A DNA stretch of 64,000 nt, taken from positions 1,728,001 to 1,792,000 of the forward strand of contig CAXXNF010000002.1 of the NCBI GenBank assembly GCA_963666365.2. The letters run 5' to 3'. The stretch comes from Syntrophales bacterium (lineage in GTDB: Bacteria; Desulfobacterota; Syntrophia; Syntrophales; UBA2210). Position numbers and translations under genes: made by a program. The notes beneath the pieces were generated by a model. It had not been told where the DNA came from, ran no database searches, and saw only the letters and a list, made by a program, of their open reading frames with translations. Below, piece after piece: positions 50,174 to 60,282 of the stretch; positions within the stretch are counted from its first letter, which is position 1, and every line of letters begins with the position of its first letter.

Positions 50174-52261
50174 CTACGCCGCGGACCGCTTCTTTTTGGC
50201 CGCCTCCGCAATCAGATCATCGGCGATTGACTGGGGAACCTGGCGGTACTGGAGAAACTCCATGGTGAACTGCGCCTGTCCCTGCGTGGACGATCTGAGC
50301 ACTGTCGAGAATCCGAACATTTCCGCGAGGGGAACCTGTGCCTCGATTACGCACATGACCCCTTCATCCTGGGCGCCGACAATAATCCCTCGCCGCTGAT
50401 TCAAAAGTCCCATCACCGCGCCTTGAAAAGCGGTCGGAGTTTCCACGACGACCTTCATTATCGGTTCGTGAATTACCGGTTTCGCTTTCAGATAGGCCTC
50501 TTTGAAGGCGCCCCGCGCCGCCGCCTGAAAGGCCATATCGGAGGAATCGACGCTGTGGAACTGACCGTCATTGATGGTAATCTTCACGCCCGTAACGGGA
50601 AACTCCATTTTTGGTCCCTTCTTCAGGCACTCTCTGAATCCCTTCTCGCAGGCGGGGATATACTGTGTGGGGATTACACCGCCTTTGATATCGTTGACGA
50701 ATTCAAAGTCGTTTTCAATCAGAGGTTCCAAAAATCCTGCCACACGACCGTACTGACCCGAACCACCGGTCTGTTTTTTATGGGTATAATTAAAATCCGC
50801 CCGCTGCGTAATCGTTTCGCGGTAGGCCACTCTGGGTTTTCCTGTAGCGACCTCGGCACTGTATTCACGTCTCATCCGCTCCACGTACACTTCCAGATGC
50901 AATTCGCCCATCCCCTCAATGATGGTTTCATTTGTCTCTTCGTCCATGTGGGTCTTGAACGTGGGATCTTCTTTCGTGAAACGGTTCAGTGCCTTGGACA
51001 TATTGATCTGAGCCTTGTTGTCCTTGGGGACGATGGCCAGCGATATGACCGGTTCCGGGATGTACATGGAAGTCATGGTGACATTGAGACCCGGCGACAT
51101 AAAGGTGTCCCCCGACGCGCAGTCGATGCCAAAAAGGGCGCCGATGTACCCCGCAGGGATTTCATCGATGTCTTCCATTTGGTCGGCATGCATGCGGACG
51201 ACCCTTCCTATCTTCAGTTTCTTGCCCGATCGTGCGTTGATTACCGTGGAACCCCGTGCAACCGTGCCCTGATAGACACGGATATAGGTAAGCTGACCAT
51301 AGGCGCCGTCCTCCAGTTTGAAGGCCAGTGCCACGGTAGGTTTCGACGGGTCGCTTTCAAGAAAAACCGGCGTTTCGTCATGGGCCATGTCAAGTGCCGT
51401 GTTTTGGACCTGGGCAGGATGGGGCAGGAGTTCCGCTATGCCGTCGAGAAGCGGCTGCACCCCCTTGTTTTTGTAAGCAGATCCGAGAAATACGGGGGTA
51501 ATGCCCCTTTTCAGTGTGCCTTCCCTGAGGGCTTCAAGAAGAAGCGCTTCTGTCACTTCCCCCTCTTCAAGAATAACTTCCGTCAGCCTGTCTGAAAACA
51601 TCGACGCTGCGTCGATGAGTTCTTCCCGCCTGGCCTGCGCCTGCGCAAGAAGCGCGCCGGGAATCTCTTCGATACGGACATTTTCTCCGTTTTCACCATC
51701 AAAGAAGAATACCTTCATGGAAACAAGATCGACGACACCTGAAAAATTATTTTCCAGACCCACAGGGATCTGCATGGCAACGGCGTTATGGCCGAGTTTG
51801 GTGCGGAGCTGAGAAATTACACGGTTCGGATCGGCGCCGCTCCTGTCGCATTTATTAATAAAAGCAAGACAGGGCACTTTGTAACGCTTCATCTGTTGAT
51901 CCACGGTTATCGACTGCGACTGAACGCCTCCCACGGAACAGAGCACCAGCACGGCACTGTCAAGCACACGGAGCGATCGTTCAACCTCTACCGTGAAATC
52001 GACGTGCCCGGGAGTATCTATGATGTTGACCTCATGGCCTTTCCATTCGCAAAAGGTCGCCGCCGAGGCGATAGTAATCCCCCGTTCCTTCTCAAGTTCC
52101 ATTGAATCCATGGTAGCGCCCACGCCGTCTTTCCCCTTGACGTCATGAATTGCGTGTATCCGCTTTGTATAGAAGAGTATCCGCTCCGTAAGCGTGGTTT
52201 TGCCCGAATCGATGTGTGCGCTGATTCCTATATTTCGTACTTTTGTAATATCCTTTTTCAT
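50174..52261 (-). CDS. fusA: Elongation factor G (stand-alone, spdEFG1-type)
   Basis: [38 protein letters not shown]. Confidence 0.96.
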   Translation of the reverse strand: MKKDITKVRNIGISAHIDSGKTTLTERILFYTKRIHAIHDVKGKDGVGATMDSMELEKERGITIASAATFCEWKGHEVNIIDTPGHVDFTVEVERSLRVLDSAVLVLCSVGGVQSQSITVDQQMKRYKVPCLAFINKCDRSGADPNRVISQLRTKLGHNAVAMQIPVGLENNFSGVVDLVSMKVFFFDGENGENVRIEEIPGALLAQAQARREELIDAASMFSDRLTEVILEEGEVTEALLLEALREGTLKRGITPVFLGSAYKNKGVQPLLDGIAELLPHPAQVQNTALDMAHDETPVFLESDPSKPTVALAFKLEDGAYGQLTYIRVYQGTVARGSTVINARSGKKLKIGRVVRMHADQMEDIDEIPAGYIGALFGIDCASGDTFMSPGLNVTMTSMYIPEPVISLAIVPKDNKAQINMSKALNRFTKEDPTFKTHMDEETNETIIEGMGELHLEVYVERMRREYSAEVATGKPRVAYRETITQRADFNYTHKKQTGGSGQYGRVAGFLEPLIENDFEFVNDIKGGVIPTQYIPACEKGFRECLKKGPKMEFPVTGVKITINDGQFHSVDSSDMAFQAAARGAFKEAYLKAKPVIHEPIMKVVVETPTAFQGAVMGLLNQRRGIIVGAQDEGVMCVIEAQVPLAEMFGFSTVLRSSTQGQAQFTMEFLQYRQVPQSIADDLIAEAAKKKRSAA

Positions 52262-52511
52262 CGTTCCTTCCCTTGTGTCTTTGAATCACCCAAAGCCGAC
52301 TTACCAATGCACCATCACGCCTGTGATACACTCCTTCAGACAAATAACGCAGACGCCTTCAAAGACGTACAAAAAATCCTTCGAAGAGGGTTTCCCGCAA
52401 TTTCCCTTCGCGTGCCTGTCTATCGTCTCCGCCAACTCTTGCAGCGCTGGTATTGTGTGGAGATGCAGTCGGGTGGGGGGACTCACCCTGAGATGTTAAA
52501 AAGAACCTGGG

Positions 52512-52540
52512 CTTATACCCTGGATGCTTCTTATTGTCAA
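52512..52540 (-). promoter_or_regulatory. Sigma70 promoter of fusA
   Basis: TTGACA-N17-TATAAG on the minus strand. Confidence 0.7.
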
Positions 52541-52684
52541 GGTAAAATTTTAAAGTATTCATCAGCGGGATTAATAACAGTGACCCGTAGCGCGACAGTG
52601 TAGAAGACCGGTCAATATTCCCGTATGCTTCTGTAAAAGTTTCCCTCCACATGAGGATCTGCTCATGCCGAGAGCAGATGGATC

Positions 52685-53086
52685 TTATGGCACGATCCAC
52701 CTGCCTATGAAGTAGCTTGCCGCGGCGACGCTTGCCGTCAGGACCATGCCCCAGGTTATATCAACGATGACAATTTTGATCGGCCAGTCTCTCAATGTCG
52801 CGAAATTGGTAAGATCGTACGTAGCGTACGCAAAAAAACCGAAGAGCCCCCCCATGACAACTGCTCGGCCCAGTGATTGTTTTTCCAGGGCCGGCAGGGT
52901 GGCAAAGATCAGGATGCCGACAATGTACAGTAAATAGAATATTAAGGCTGCGGCCCAGTTGATGTCCTGACGGAAGAGATGGCCCAGACTGCTGCGGTAA
53001 AGATCCTTCGCCAGGACGCCGATCCAGAGCAAATCGATGCCGAAGAACACCGGTAGTGTCAAGAGATACAGATAGACCAGTTTCAT
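52685..53086 (-). CDS. DUF2177 membrane protein
   Basis: DLLWIG, AALIFYLLY, YATYDLTN, DITWG. Confidence 0.85.
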   Translation of the reverse strand: MKLVYLYLLTLPVFFGIDLLWIGVLAKDLYRSSLGHLFRQDINWAAALIFYLLYIVGILIFATLPALEKQSLGRAVVMGGLFGFFAYATYDLTNFATLRDWPIKIVIVDITWGMVLTASVAAASYFIGRWIVP

Positions 53087-53149
53087 GTGCAGTCCTCCCT
53101 CATTTTGTGGAAACTCCAATTCCCCCTGATATTTTCTCTCGGCCATCTA

Positions 53150-55114
53150 TCAGGGTTTTCTGAAGACCACCTGGACGTCGCTCAGAGCCTGCTCGTAAAA
53201 TCCGGCTTCACATATACTGAGATAGTATTTCCACTTTCGTTCAAAGGACTGATCGAAGCCAAGGTCTTGCAATTGATCGTGATGGTGTATAAAACGCTCA
53301 CGCCAGTCTCTCAGCGTTCGAGCATAGTGCCGTCCGATGTCTTCCAGGGTTTCCATGACCAGGTTCGAATGCCTGGTGGCGACATTGAGAAGAACCGTTA
53401 TAGAGGGTAAAAACCCTCCGGGAAAGATATATTTCTGAATCCAGTCCGTCTCTTTTCGGTAGGTTGCATACGCCTGATCGGGAATCGTGATTACCTGAAG
53501 AATGAGCAGCCCTCCCGGTTTCAACAGCCGATCGCACTGCCGGAAGAAGGTCCCGAAGTTTTTTTCGCCCACCGCTTCCAGCATTTCGATGGACACAATC
53601 TTATCGAAACGTCCTTCAACTTCCCGGTAGTCCTGAAGGAGGATCCGAATGCTGCTCTGAAGGCCAGCCTTTTTAACACGGTCGTGTGCAAGTCGATGCT
53701 GCGCATCAGAGATGGTGATACCCGTGACATGGCATCCTGTCTGCTGTGCAGCGTACAGGGCGAAACTGCCCCAGCCGCAGCCGATTTCCAGCACCTCGTC
53801 AGACGCCTTGATCCGTCCTTTATCCACAATCATCTGCAGTTTCCGCCGTTGTGCCTCTTCAAGGGTGTCCCTTTCGCCTTGATAAACCCCGCTTGAGTAA
53901 CTCATGGATTCATCGAGAAATAAGCTGAACAGTTCATTGCTGAGATCATAGTGGCTCTGGATGTTTCTGCGTGATCCCATGAGGCTGTTGGACCGGAGCA
54001 GATAAAGAAGGTCGTTTTTTCGTCGCGTAAGCCAGGCTGTTGCGGGATAGCCGTTTTTCAGGGCCTCCCTGTTTCTAATAAAGACTCGAAAGAGCGTGGG
54101 GATGTCTTTCGTATCCCAGAGGCCCCTTACATAGGTTTCTCCCAGGCCGACGTCGCCGCCCATAACCAGGCTTGTAAAGAATCCATAGTCATGGACCGTC
54201 ATGGCCGCCTTCAAATCGGCGTCGTCGTTCCCAAAGGCCTTGACGCGTCCGTCAGGAAGGCGCAGGTCGAGAGAACCACTGCTGATGCAGTCCAGGAGCT
54301 TTGTGACTATGACCATACAGGCCTTTTCCAACAGGCCTGGCGGCTTTTTGCGGATGGTCATCATGCTCATGGGAATCGGTTTTTCAATATAGGTAAGGTT
54401 CTTTTGAAAAAAGAGTTTCGCCGCTTCCAGGAAGATTCTCGGAATGGAAAGGTGAGGCATCAGGGGGTGCCTCGCTATCAGGGCAGCCAGCCCAAAGGAG
54501 GTCAGAGGTCTGGATTTCCCCCAAAGCCGCGCCTCAAAAACCTTCTCTTCCTCCCGATGCAGGATGATGCGGATGTCGATTTCCTCTCCCGGCATGGAGA
54601 AGAAGAACTCATACTGCCCCGCCGTCGAATTGAAGGGCGACACATGGAAGTTCTTATCGGCCCGGTAGTGGGCGGCATAGTCCGCCGCCTTTCCTTCAGC
54701 GGCTTTCAATATATACAGGTGCTTTTCGTTGAAGGTATTGTTGACCTCCGCAACAACGGCCACAAGCTCGCTCTCGGCAGACAGGCAATAATAAAAGCTC
54801 ACGGGATTGAAGATATAGTTGAAATAGCGGGCCGATGTAATGAGGAAGATGCCTGTGATGCGGTCCACATCTACTTCTTTATCCAGCCGTCGCAGAAGCT
54901 TTTCCCTGATAGCGCCGGGGCCCTGATCCAGATAATCTTTGTCATGGATGGAGACAGGGCGGAATCTGTTATAGGCAAAAAGGGGCAATGTGCGGTTAAG
55001 GTACGGCAGTTCGTCGAGGTCGAAACAATAGAAATAAAGGTTATACCGGAAATGATGTTCCGCCGGCTTGACGCGCTGATGTTCCGTGTAACCTTCATAA
55101 ATACATGATCTCAT
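53150..55114 (-). CDS. DUF1365 fused to cyclopropane-fatty-acid-synthase-type SAM methyltransferase
   Basis: N-half: FNPVSFYYC, EVNNTF, FHVSPF. C-half: HYDLSN, YSSG, LEIGCGWG, SIEMLEAVG, IQKYIFPGG. Single open frame. Confidence 0.9.
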   Translation of the reverse strand: MRSCIYEGYTEHQRVKPAEHHFRYNLYFYCFDLDELPYLNRTLPLFAYNRFRPVSIHDKDYLDQGPGAIREKLLRRLDKEVDVDRITGIFLITSARYFNYIFNPVSFYYCLSAESELVAVVAEVNNTFNEKHLYILKAAEGKAADYAAHYRADKNFHVSPFNSTAGQYEFFFSMPGEEIDIRIILHREEEKVFEARLWGKSRPLTSFGLAALIARHPLMPHLSIPRIFLEAAKLFFQKNLTYIEKPIPMSMMTIRKKPPGLLEKACMVIVTKLLDCISSGSLDLRLPDGRVKAFGNDDADLKAAMTVHDYGFFTSLVMGGDVGLGETYVRGLWDTKDIPTLFRVFIRNREALKNGYPATAWLTRRKNDLLYLLRSNSLMGSRRNIQSHYDLSNELFSLFLDESMSYSSGVYQGERDTLEEAQRRKLQMIVDKGRIKASDEVLEIGCGWGSFALYAAQQTGCHVTGITISDAQHRLAHDRVKKAGLQSSIRILLQDYREVEGRFDKIVSIEMLEAVGEKNFGTFFRQCDRLLKPGGLLILQVITIPDQAYATYRKETDWIQKYIFPGGFLPSITVLLNVATRHSNLVMETLEDIGRHYARTLRDWRERFIHHHDQLQDLGFDQSFERKWKYYLSICEAGFYEQALSDVQVVFRKP

Positions 55115-55151
55115 TGCTAAGTCCCCATAAAGGCTTAAAAACATAAATCTT

Positions 55152-56426
55152 TTACAAATCGATCCCGAACAGGCGGCCGACCTCCACGGCTGAGCGCACC
55201 GCATCTTCATGAAAGCCGTAACCGAAATAACTTCCACAGAAAAATGTGTTCCGTTGACCGTTTAAGCGTCCCAATTCATTTTGGGATGAGAGGGAGCCGA
55301 AGGTGTATACCGGATGGGTATAATCCAGTTGCCGGATCACGGCGGTCTCGGCTATCGGCCGAGCCGGATTCAGGGTCACACAGTAGCGCTCTTTCGTCGT
55401 CAAGTTCTGCAGCCGCGTCATGTCGTAGGTCAGTGTAACGGGAGCGTCTGCGTCCATCCCCGCTTCGCGGATATAATTCCAGGACGCCCAGGCCCGAGGA
55501 TTTGGGGGCAGATAGGAACTATCCCTGTGCAGAACGGTGTTGTTTCGCGAATAGGTCCATGCCGAGAGGAGTCGCGTTTCCTCCGGCGACGGATCGGTGA
55601 GTAGCTTCAGGGCCTCATCGGCATGGGCGGCAATGATGACCCGGTCATAGAAGCTCTCGCCGGAGCCAGGCCTTTCAATGGCGACCCGCGCGGCCTCCCG
55701 CCGTATGCCTGTAACGGGGCAGTTTACGACGACCTTGCCACTGAAATCCTTGAGAAAGGACCGCACATACGTCTGGCTGCCTCCGCCAACAAAGTACCAT
55801 TGCGGATGCTCCGCCAGAGACAGGAGACCGTGATTCTCGTAAAACCGGGCGAACGTCTCAGCAGGAAAATCTGAGATCCTGCCGTCCGGTGCGGACCAGA
55901 TGGCCCCCGCCATGGGCAGGACAAATTCCCTGGCGACCTTCTTCGCAATCCCTTCCCTTTCAAGATGCTCTCCCAGGGTAATGCCAGCAAGGCCGCCCTC
56001 ATGGAGCCGCCGGCGTGTCGTGGTATTGAACTTGATGATTCCCCGCAGGAGGTTCCAGAACGATGGTTTGAGCAGATTTTGCCGCTGCGCGAAGATGCCG
56101 TCGAAATCCATGCTGGCATACTGCAGTCCCGTCTTTCGGTCCGTATAGCTGAAAGACATGTCCGTTTTGCTGATGGCGACGTTGAGCTGCGACAAAAAAC
56201 GGTTGAACAGAGGGTAGGTCCGGTCATTCAGCACAATGAAGCCCGTATCGACCGGCATTCCCCGGTCCGGACCATCGGGGATGATCACCGTATTCGTGTG
56301 TCCGCCGATGTAGTCGTTTTTTTCGTACAGTGTGACGTCATGCCGTCTCTGCATTAGATACGCCGCGACAATCCCCGCGACGCCGCCGCCCACTACAGCG
56401 ATTTTCAAGTGATTGATACCATCCAT
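55152..56426 (-). CDS. FAD-dependent oxidoreductase (UfaD/RSP1091-like)
   Basis: GGGVAG, GGHTNT, VDTGFIVLN..TYP, WASWNY, GYGFHED. Confidence 0.88.
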   Translation of the reverse strand: MDGINHLKIAVVGGGVAGIVAAYLMQRRHDVTLYEKNDYIGGHTNTVIIPDGPDRGMPVDTGFIVLNDRTYPLFNRFLSQLNVAISKTDMSFSYTDRKTGLQYASMDFDGIFAQRQNLLKPSFWNLLRGIIKFNTTTRRRLHEGGLAGITLGEHLEREGIAKKVAREFVLPMAGAIWSAPDGRISDFPAETFARFYENHGLLSLAEHPQWYFVGGGSQTYVRSFLKDFSGKVVVNCPVTGIRREAARVAIERPGSGESFYDRVIIAAHADEALKLLTDPSPEETRLLSAWTYSRNNTVLHRDSSYLPPNPRAWASWNYIREAGMDADAPVTLTYDMTRLQNLTTKERYCVTLNPARPIAETAVIRQLDYTHPVYTFGSLSSQNELGRLNGQRNTFFCGSYFGYGFHEDAVRSAVEVGRLFGIDL

Positions 56427-56477
56427 CGAATGAGGCCCTCCAATCTACACACGGGGTCAGTCCAAGTAATGTGTTGC

Positions 56478-57059
56478 TTATACCCTTTGCCTGATCCAGG
56501 TAATGATTGGTCCCAAGAGCGGGACCTGCTCATAGATGACGCCCGTGTCCCAGTAGTCCTGGTGAAAAATGATCTTGCCCTTTTCGTCAAACCGGACGTG
56601 GGACATACCCACGGCCTCAACAGGGTTATCTTTGTTGCGTTTCAACACCAGCGTCATGATCCAGCGGAAATAATAATTGCCGTCATGCACGGCGACATCC
56701 TGAATGTCGAAACGACAGTCAAGAAAGGCTTCCGTGGAGCTGACAAAGTATTCTTCAATGGCGTCGATGCCCTGGACCTCCCTGAAGCCGTCACGGAAAT
56801 AGGCATCCTCGCGGTAGAGGATCCTCACGGAGCTGCGGATTTTTTCCTCGGAGAAGACCTGATAGAACTCTCTGAACTGAGTGATGGCCTTTTTTTCTTC
56901 GTCGGATTCGGCCTTCAAATATGGTATGTCTTGCCGGTCCGTCTTCTTTAGCGCTTCATAATAGTTCTTCATATATGTTCCTTTTTTTGAAACATCATAA
57001 GAACACGCATAAACTAACATTAACCCCATGCCGATTGCAATCACATATTTTTTTCGCAT
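56478..57059 (-). CDS. NTF2/SnoaL-like lipoprotein
   Basis: Lipobox-like VYAC, Y..DAYFRD, HQDYWD...YEQVPLLG. Confidence 0.8.
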   Translation of the reverse strand: MRKKYVIAIGMGLMLVYACSYDVSKKGTYMKNYYEALKKTDRQDIPYLKAESDEEKKAITQFREFYQVFSEEKIRSSVRILYREDAYFRDGFREVQGIDAIEEYFVSSTEAFLDCRFDIQDVAVHDGNYYFRWIMTLVLKRNKDNPVEAVGMSHVRFDEKGKIIFHQDYWDTGVIYEQVPLLGPIITWIRQRV

Positions 57060-57134
57060 TGCCTCTTTCCTCCCCTGCGAGAACGACATAATTTCACCAA
57101 TCGACGCGTACGCATCGAATTCATACACAATCAT

Positions 57135-58559
57135 TTAACCTCTGCACAGGGCTTGCGCCGCGTAATAACCACATAATCCGTGTACGCCGCCGCCGGGAGG
57201 TGTCGACGAGGAGCAGATAAAAATATTATTTTGCGAGGTTCTGTATGGAACAGGGGATACCACAGGTCGGGCGTAGAGTTGCATTATATCCTGGAGACCT
57301 CCATTGATATCACCTCCAACGTAGTTTGGATTATGGCGCTCCATATCCATTGCGGTCATCGTGCTTTTCGCCATGATGATCTCCCGGAACCCGGGCGCGT
57401 ATTGTTCTATTTTTTCTTCTATGAGATCAACCACATTCTCCTCTGATCCATGGGGCACATGGCAGTATGCCCAGGCAGTGTGTCCGCCTTCGGGGGCCCG
57501 TGTAGGGTCGAAAAGGCTCGGCTGCGCCAGCACGATATAGGGAGATGCGTGCACATGTCCCACGCCTGCCTGGCGGACGGAGGCGTCGATCTCCTCGAAA
57601 GAATTTCCCAGATGCACGGTTCCGGCTTTCCTGCAGATAGGGGCCTTCCAGGGGATCGGCTCCTTAAGTGCCCAGTCGAACTTGCAAATACCCGGTCCGT
57701 AACGAAACCGGGACAGCTTATTTCGATACGCAGGAGAAAGATCAAGGTCGGCGATATTGAGGAGTTGCCTGGGTGTCAGATCGAAGAAATAAAATCTCGC
57801 CTGTGGCAATTCCTTCATGGACGTAATCCGTTTCCCCGTGATGATTTCACCCCCGTTGCCTCGAAAAGAATCCGCCAACGCGCCGGCCAGTCTCTGCGTG
57901 CCGCCCCGTATGGCTGGCCATCCCACCGCATGGGCCAGCAGAGCCAAAATAATACCGAACGCGGCTGTCGCGGGCTTGTCAAGGGGGATCATGGCATGCG
58001 CTGCCATACCGGCAAAGAGGGCGCGCGTCTGGTGTTTTTGGAATTTCGCATACGCAAAGTGTCTGGCAGTCTGGAGGGCGTGCATGGCAAAGCGGGCCAT
58101 GAGAAAAGGGTCTGCAGGAAAATGAAGAGGCGCCAAGATATCGGAGAGGAGCTTTTTGTGATTTTCCACCAAAGGCGTGAGGATTTTTTTATAAACCCTG
58201 CCATCGAGACCCAGGATATCCGCCGTGATTTCAAGAGATCGGTGGAGATATAGGGCCGATCCATCCTCGAAGGGATGGGCAAGCGGTATTTCGGGCTGTA
58301 CCCAGGACAGGCCGTGCCGATCAAGGTTGAGCCTGCGAAAGAAAGGAGAGGCAATGGTGAGGGGAAGAACGGCTGCGCAAATATCGTGAATGAAATGAGG
58401 CAGCGTGAGCTCTGCAGAACGCATCCCTCCGCCGATGGCGTCAGCTGCTTCCACCAAAATAACCGATTTGTATTTCGTACTCAGCTCAATGGCCGCCGCG
58501 AGACCGTTGGGACCTGCTCCCACGACAACGGCATCGCAGAACTCTCTGTTCCGTATCAA
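57135..58559 (-). CDS. Phytoene-dehydrogenase-like FAD oxidoreductase
   Basis: GAGPNGL, HDIC, WAYCHVP, NPNYVGGDI, TPPGGGVHG. Confidence 0.88.
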   Translation of the reverse strand: MIRNREFCDAVVVGAGPNGLAAAIELSTKYKSVILVEAADAIGGGMRSAELTLPHFIHDICAAVLPLTIASPFFRRLNLDRHGLSWVQPEIPLAHPFEDGSALYLHRSLEITADILGLDGRVYKKILTPLVENHKKLLSDILAPLHFPADPFLMARFAMHALQTARHFAYAKFQKHQTRALFAGMAAHAMIPLDKPATAAFGIILALLAHAVGWPAIRGGTQRLAGALADSFRGNGGEIITGKRITSMKELPQARFYFFDLTPRQLLNIADLDLSPAYRNKLSRFRYGPGICKFDWALKEPIPWKAPICRKAGTVHLGNSFEEIDASVRQAGVGHVHASPYIVLAQPSLFDPTRAPEGGHTAWAYCHVPHGSEENVVDLIEEKIEQYAPGFREIIMAKSTMTAMDMERHNPNYVGGDINGGLQDIMQLYARPVVSPVPYRTSQNNIFICSSSTPPGGGVHGLCGYYAAQALCRG

Positions 58560-58562
58560 TGG

Positions 58563-59768
58563 TCAAAAGCCTCTCGTCGTATCCTTTATGAAGTGAAGAC
58601 CTTTTTTCAGTATATAAGCCGGCATGGAGAACAATGAGCGAATGGCCGCGCTGTAACGCAGATTATTGAATGCTGTCCAACGGACGCGGGGATCGATGAG
58701 GACGTCCCGCTGTGAAAGTTCCCCTTGAACACCGAGGCGTCGCGCAAGATTCGTGAGCGTCGCATGCCAGAACTGGTCTTCCTGCTTCGCCCCGCCGAGG
58801 CTCAAACCCAGCTCCATGAGAGGATCTCCCGCTCTGAAGAGGGGGTTTACCTGAATGATCGTATCATTGTTGTGCTGAAAGCTGCTGAAGGTTATCCACC
58901 CGGCAAGGATGTGACCCTGAATGGTCATGAAGCTGAAGGACCTTTCATCAGTGTAAATGACCATAAGACCCGTCGCCAGGACGAGCCCGCCGGGAAGGGC
59001 CAGGTTTAGAACCGCTGCCGTGCCGGCCGCGATGGGAGCGTTACCGGAAGGGAAAAAACGGTTTCCCGCGGGCCAGAAACGGGGAAATTCAGATCGCCAC
59101 AGTTCGATTATCTGAATCGGGTCGAGTGTGGTATCGTGAATGTGAAGCCGGTATCTCTTATCCCAAAGCCGGCCGAATCCCGTGACGGGACTTGATGTCT
59201 CCCTGCCTTCAACATTGACATTCATCGCATCAGCGGCGATCTCACGAACAGATATGCGATTAACAGACCGCGCCCATCCGGGAAGGGGGAACTCCTCATA
59301 TGTTGATGGAACTCCCGGTGGCGAAACTATGTCTTCTCTGAAACCCACGCGCTGGTGGGCTTGTTCCACAGTATCAAAAACGGCAATCTCTTCATCAAGG
59401 CGGGTCAGACGGAAGACATCCCGTAAAGGATCCTTGAGCCCGCAGGCAGACAGGGAGACGTTGTGTTGAGCTGCCACTGACGCATACAGGACCAGCAAGC
59501 TTGCTCCCTCTACATCCATATGAGAAAGATGTGAAAAATTTAGAATGATGTTTCTATGGTTCGCCACGCTTTCCATGCATGCCTTTGAGAAGTCCTTTTC
59601 GCAGGCGCCGTTGAATGTGTCACCTATAGTCAAAGCCACCGTTTTTTCATCGAGAACTCTCGATGCAATAACGCACTGCCGCGCAGCGTGCTGAGAATCG
59701 GCACGGCAGGTATTCGTCAAGGACACTCCGTCGTAGACGAGGATTATTTCATGTCGAACCATATTCAT
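58563..59768 (-). CDS. STAS domain fused to an SRPBCC/DUF1990-like domain
   Basis: STAS: IILNFSHLSHMD.EG, VFRLTRLD. C-terminal GFGRLWDKRY, GHILAGWITFS, EDQFWH. ORF extension to 59897 is probably not coding. Confidence 0.7.
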   Translation of the reverse strand: MNMVRHEIILVYDGVSLTNTCRADSQHAARQCVIASRVLDEKTVALTIGDTFNGACEKDFSKACMESVANHRNIILNFSHLSHMDVEGASLLVLYASVAAQHNVSLSACGLKDPLRDVFRLTRLDEEIAVFDTVEQAHQRVGFREDIVSPPGVPSTYEEFPLPGWARSVNRISVREIAADAMNVNVEGRETSSPVTGFGRLWDKRYRLHIHDTTLDPIQIIELWRSEFPRFWPAGNRFFPSGNAPIAAGTAAVLNLALPGGLVLATGLMVIYTDERSFSFMTIQGHILAGWITFSSFQHNNDTIIQVNPLFRAGDPLMELGLSLGGAKQEDQFWHATLTNLARRLGVQGELSQRDVLIDPRVRWTAFNNLRYSAAIRSLFSMPAYILKKGLHFIKDTTRGF

Positions 59769-59911
59769 GTCTTCATGTCTGATGTTGCCCTGGTTGCCTC
59801 TGCCAGACGCTTCTTCGCACGATGCAGACGATTTGAATATCCGGGAAGTGCCCGCAAAGCTGTCCTCACAAAAATGTTTTTCCCCATCTTCCGGCATTGT
59901 TCACAGACCTT

Positions 59912-59998
59912 GTCTTCCGTCAGGCCGATAAAGGCAAGGGGCGGTTCGGTGATGATCTGCTTTGTCGGACACTCGACGCGTTCAATGCCATCTATGGG
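59912..59998 (-). pseudogene. Possible relic of a pyridine nucleotide-disulfide oxidoreductase dimerisation domain
   Basis: Start-less frame reads CPTKQIITEPPLAFIGLTEDK. Confidence 0.35.
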
Positions 59999-60015
59999 AG
60001 AAATGAATGATATGG

Positions 60016-60044
60016 ATTATAAGTTAAACAGCTTTGTGTGTCAA
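60016..60044 (-). promoter_or_regulatory. Perfect-consensus sigma70 promoter
   Basis: TTGACA-N17-TATAAT on the minus strand, pointing at the STAS-to-DUF2177 operon. Confidence 0.8.
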
Positions 60045-60282
60045 TGTAATGGCCAACGGGCATGTAATAGGCGATCCTTCTTTCCTAGTCCGAACCCTCT
60101 AGTACCATATACTTCAAGGGGCCGGGCGGCATCGTTTCACCGGACATCACCGAGACCGGGCATGGGTTTCTGTGAAATCATTCTCTTGCTGTTTCAATCT
60201 TCTGTGCCGTTGGAAGTTGTGCTCAGGACGATAATGATGGTATGATGCAGGCAATGCTTACGACACCGCCGGACTCGACTCC

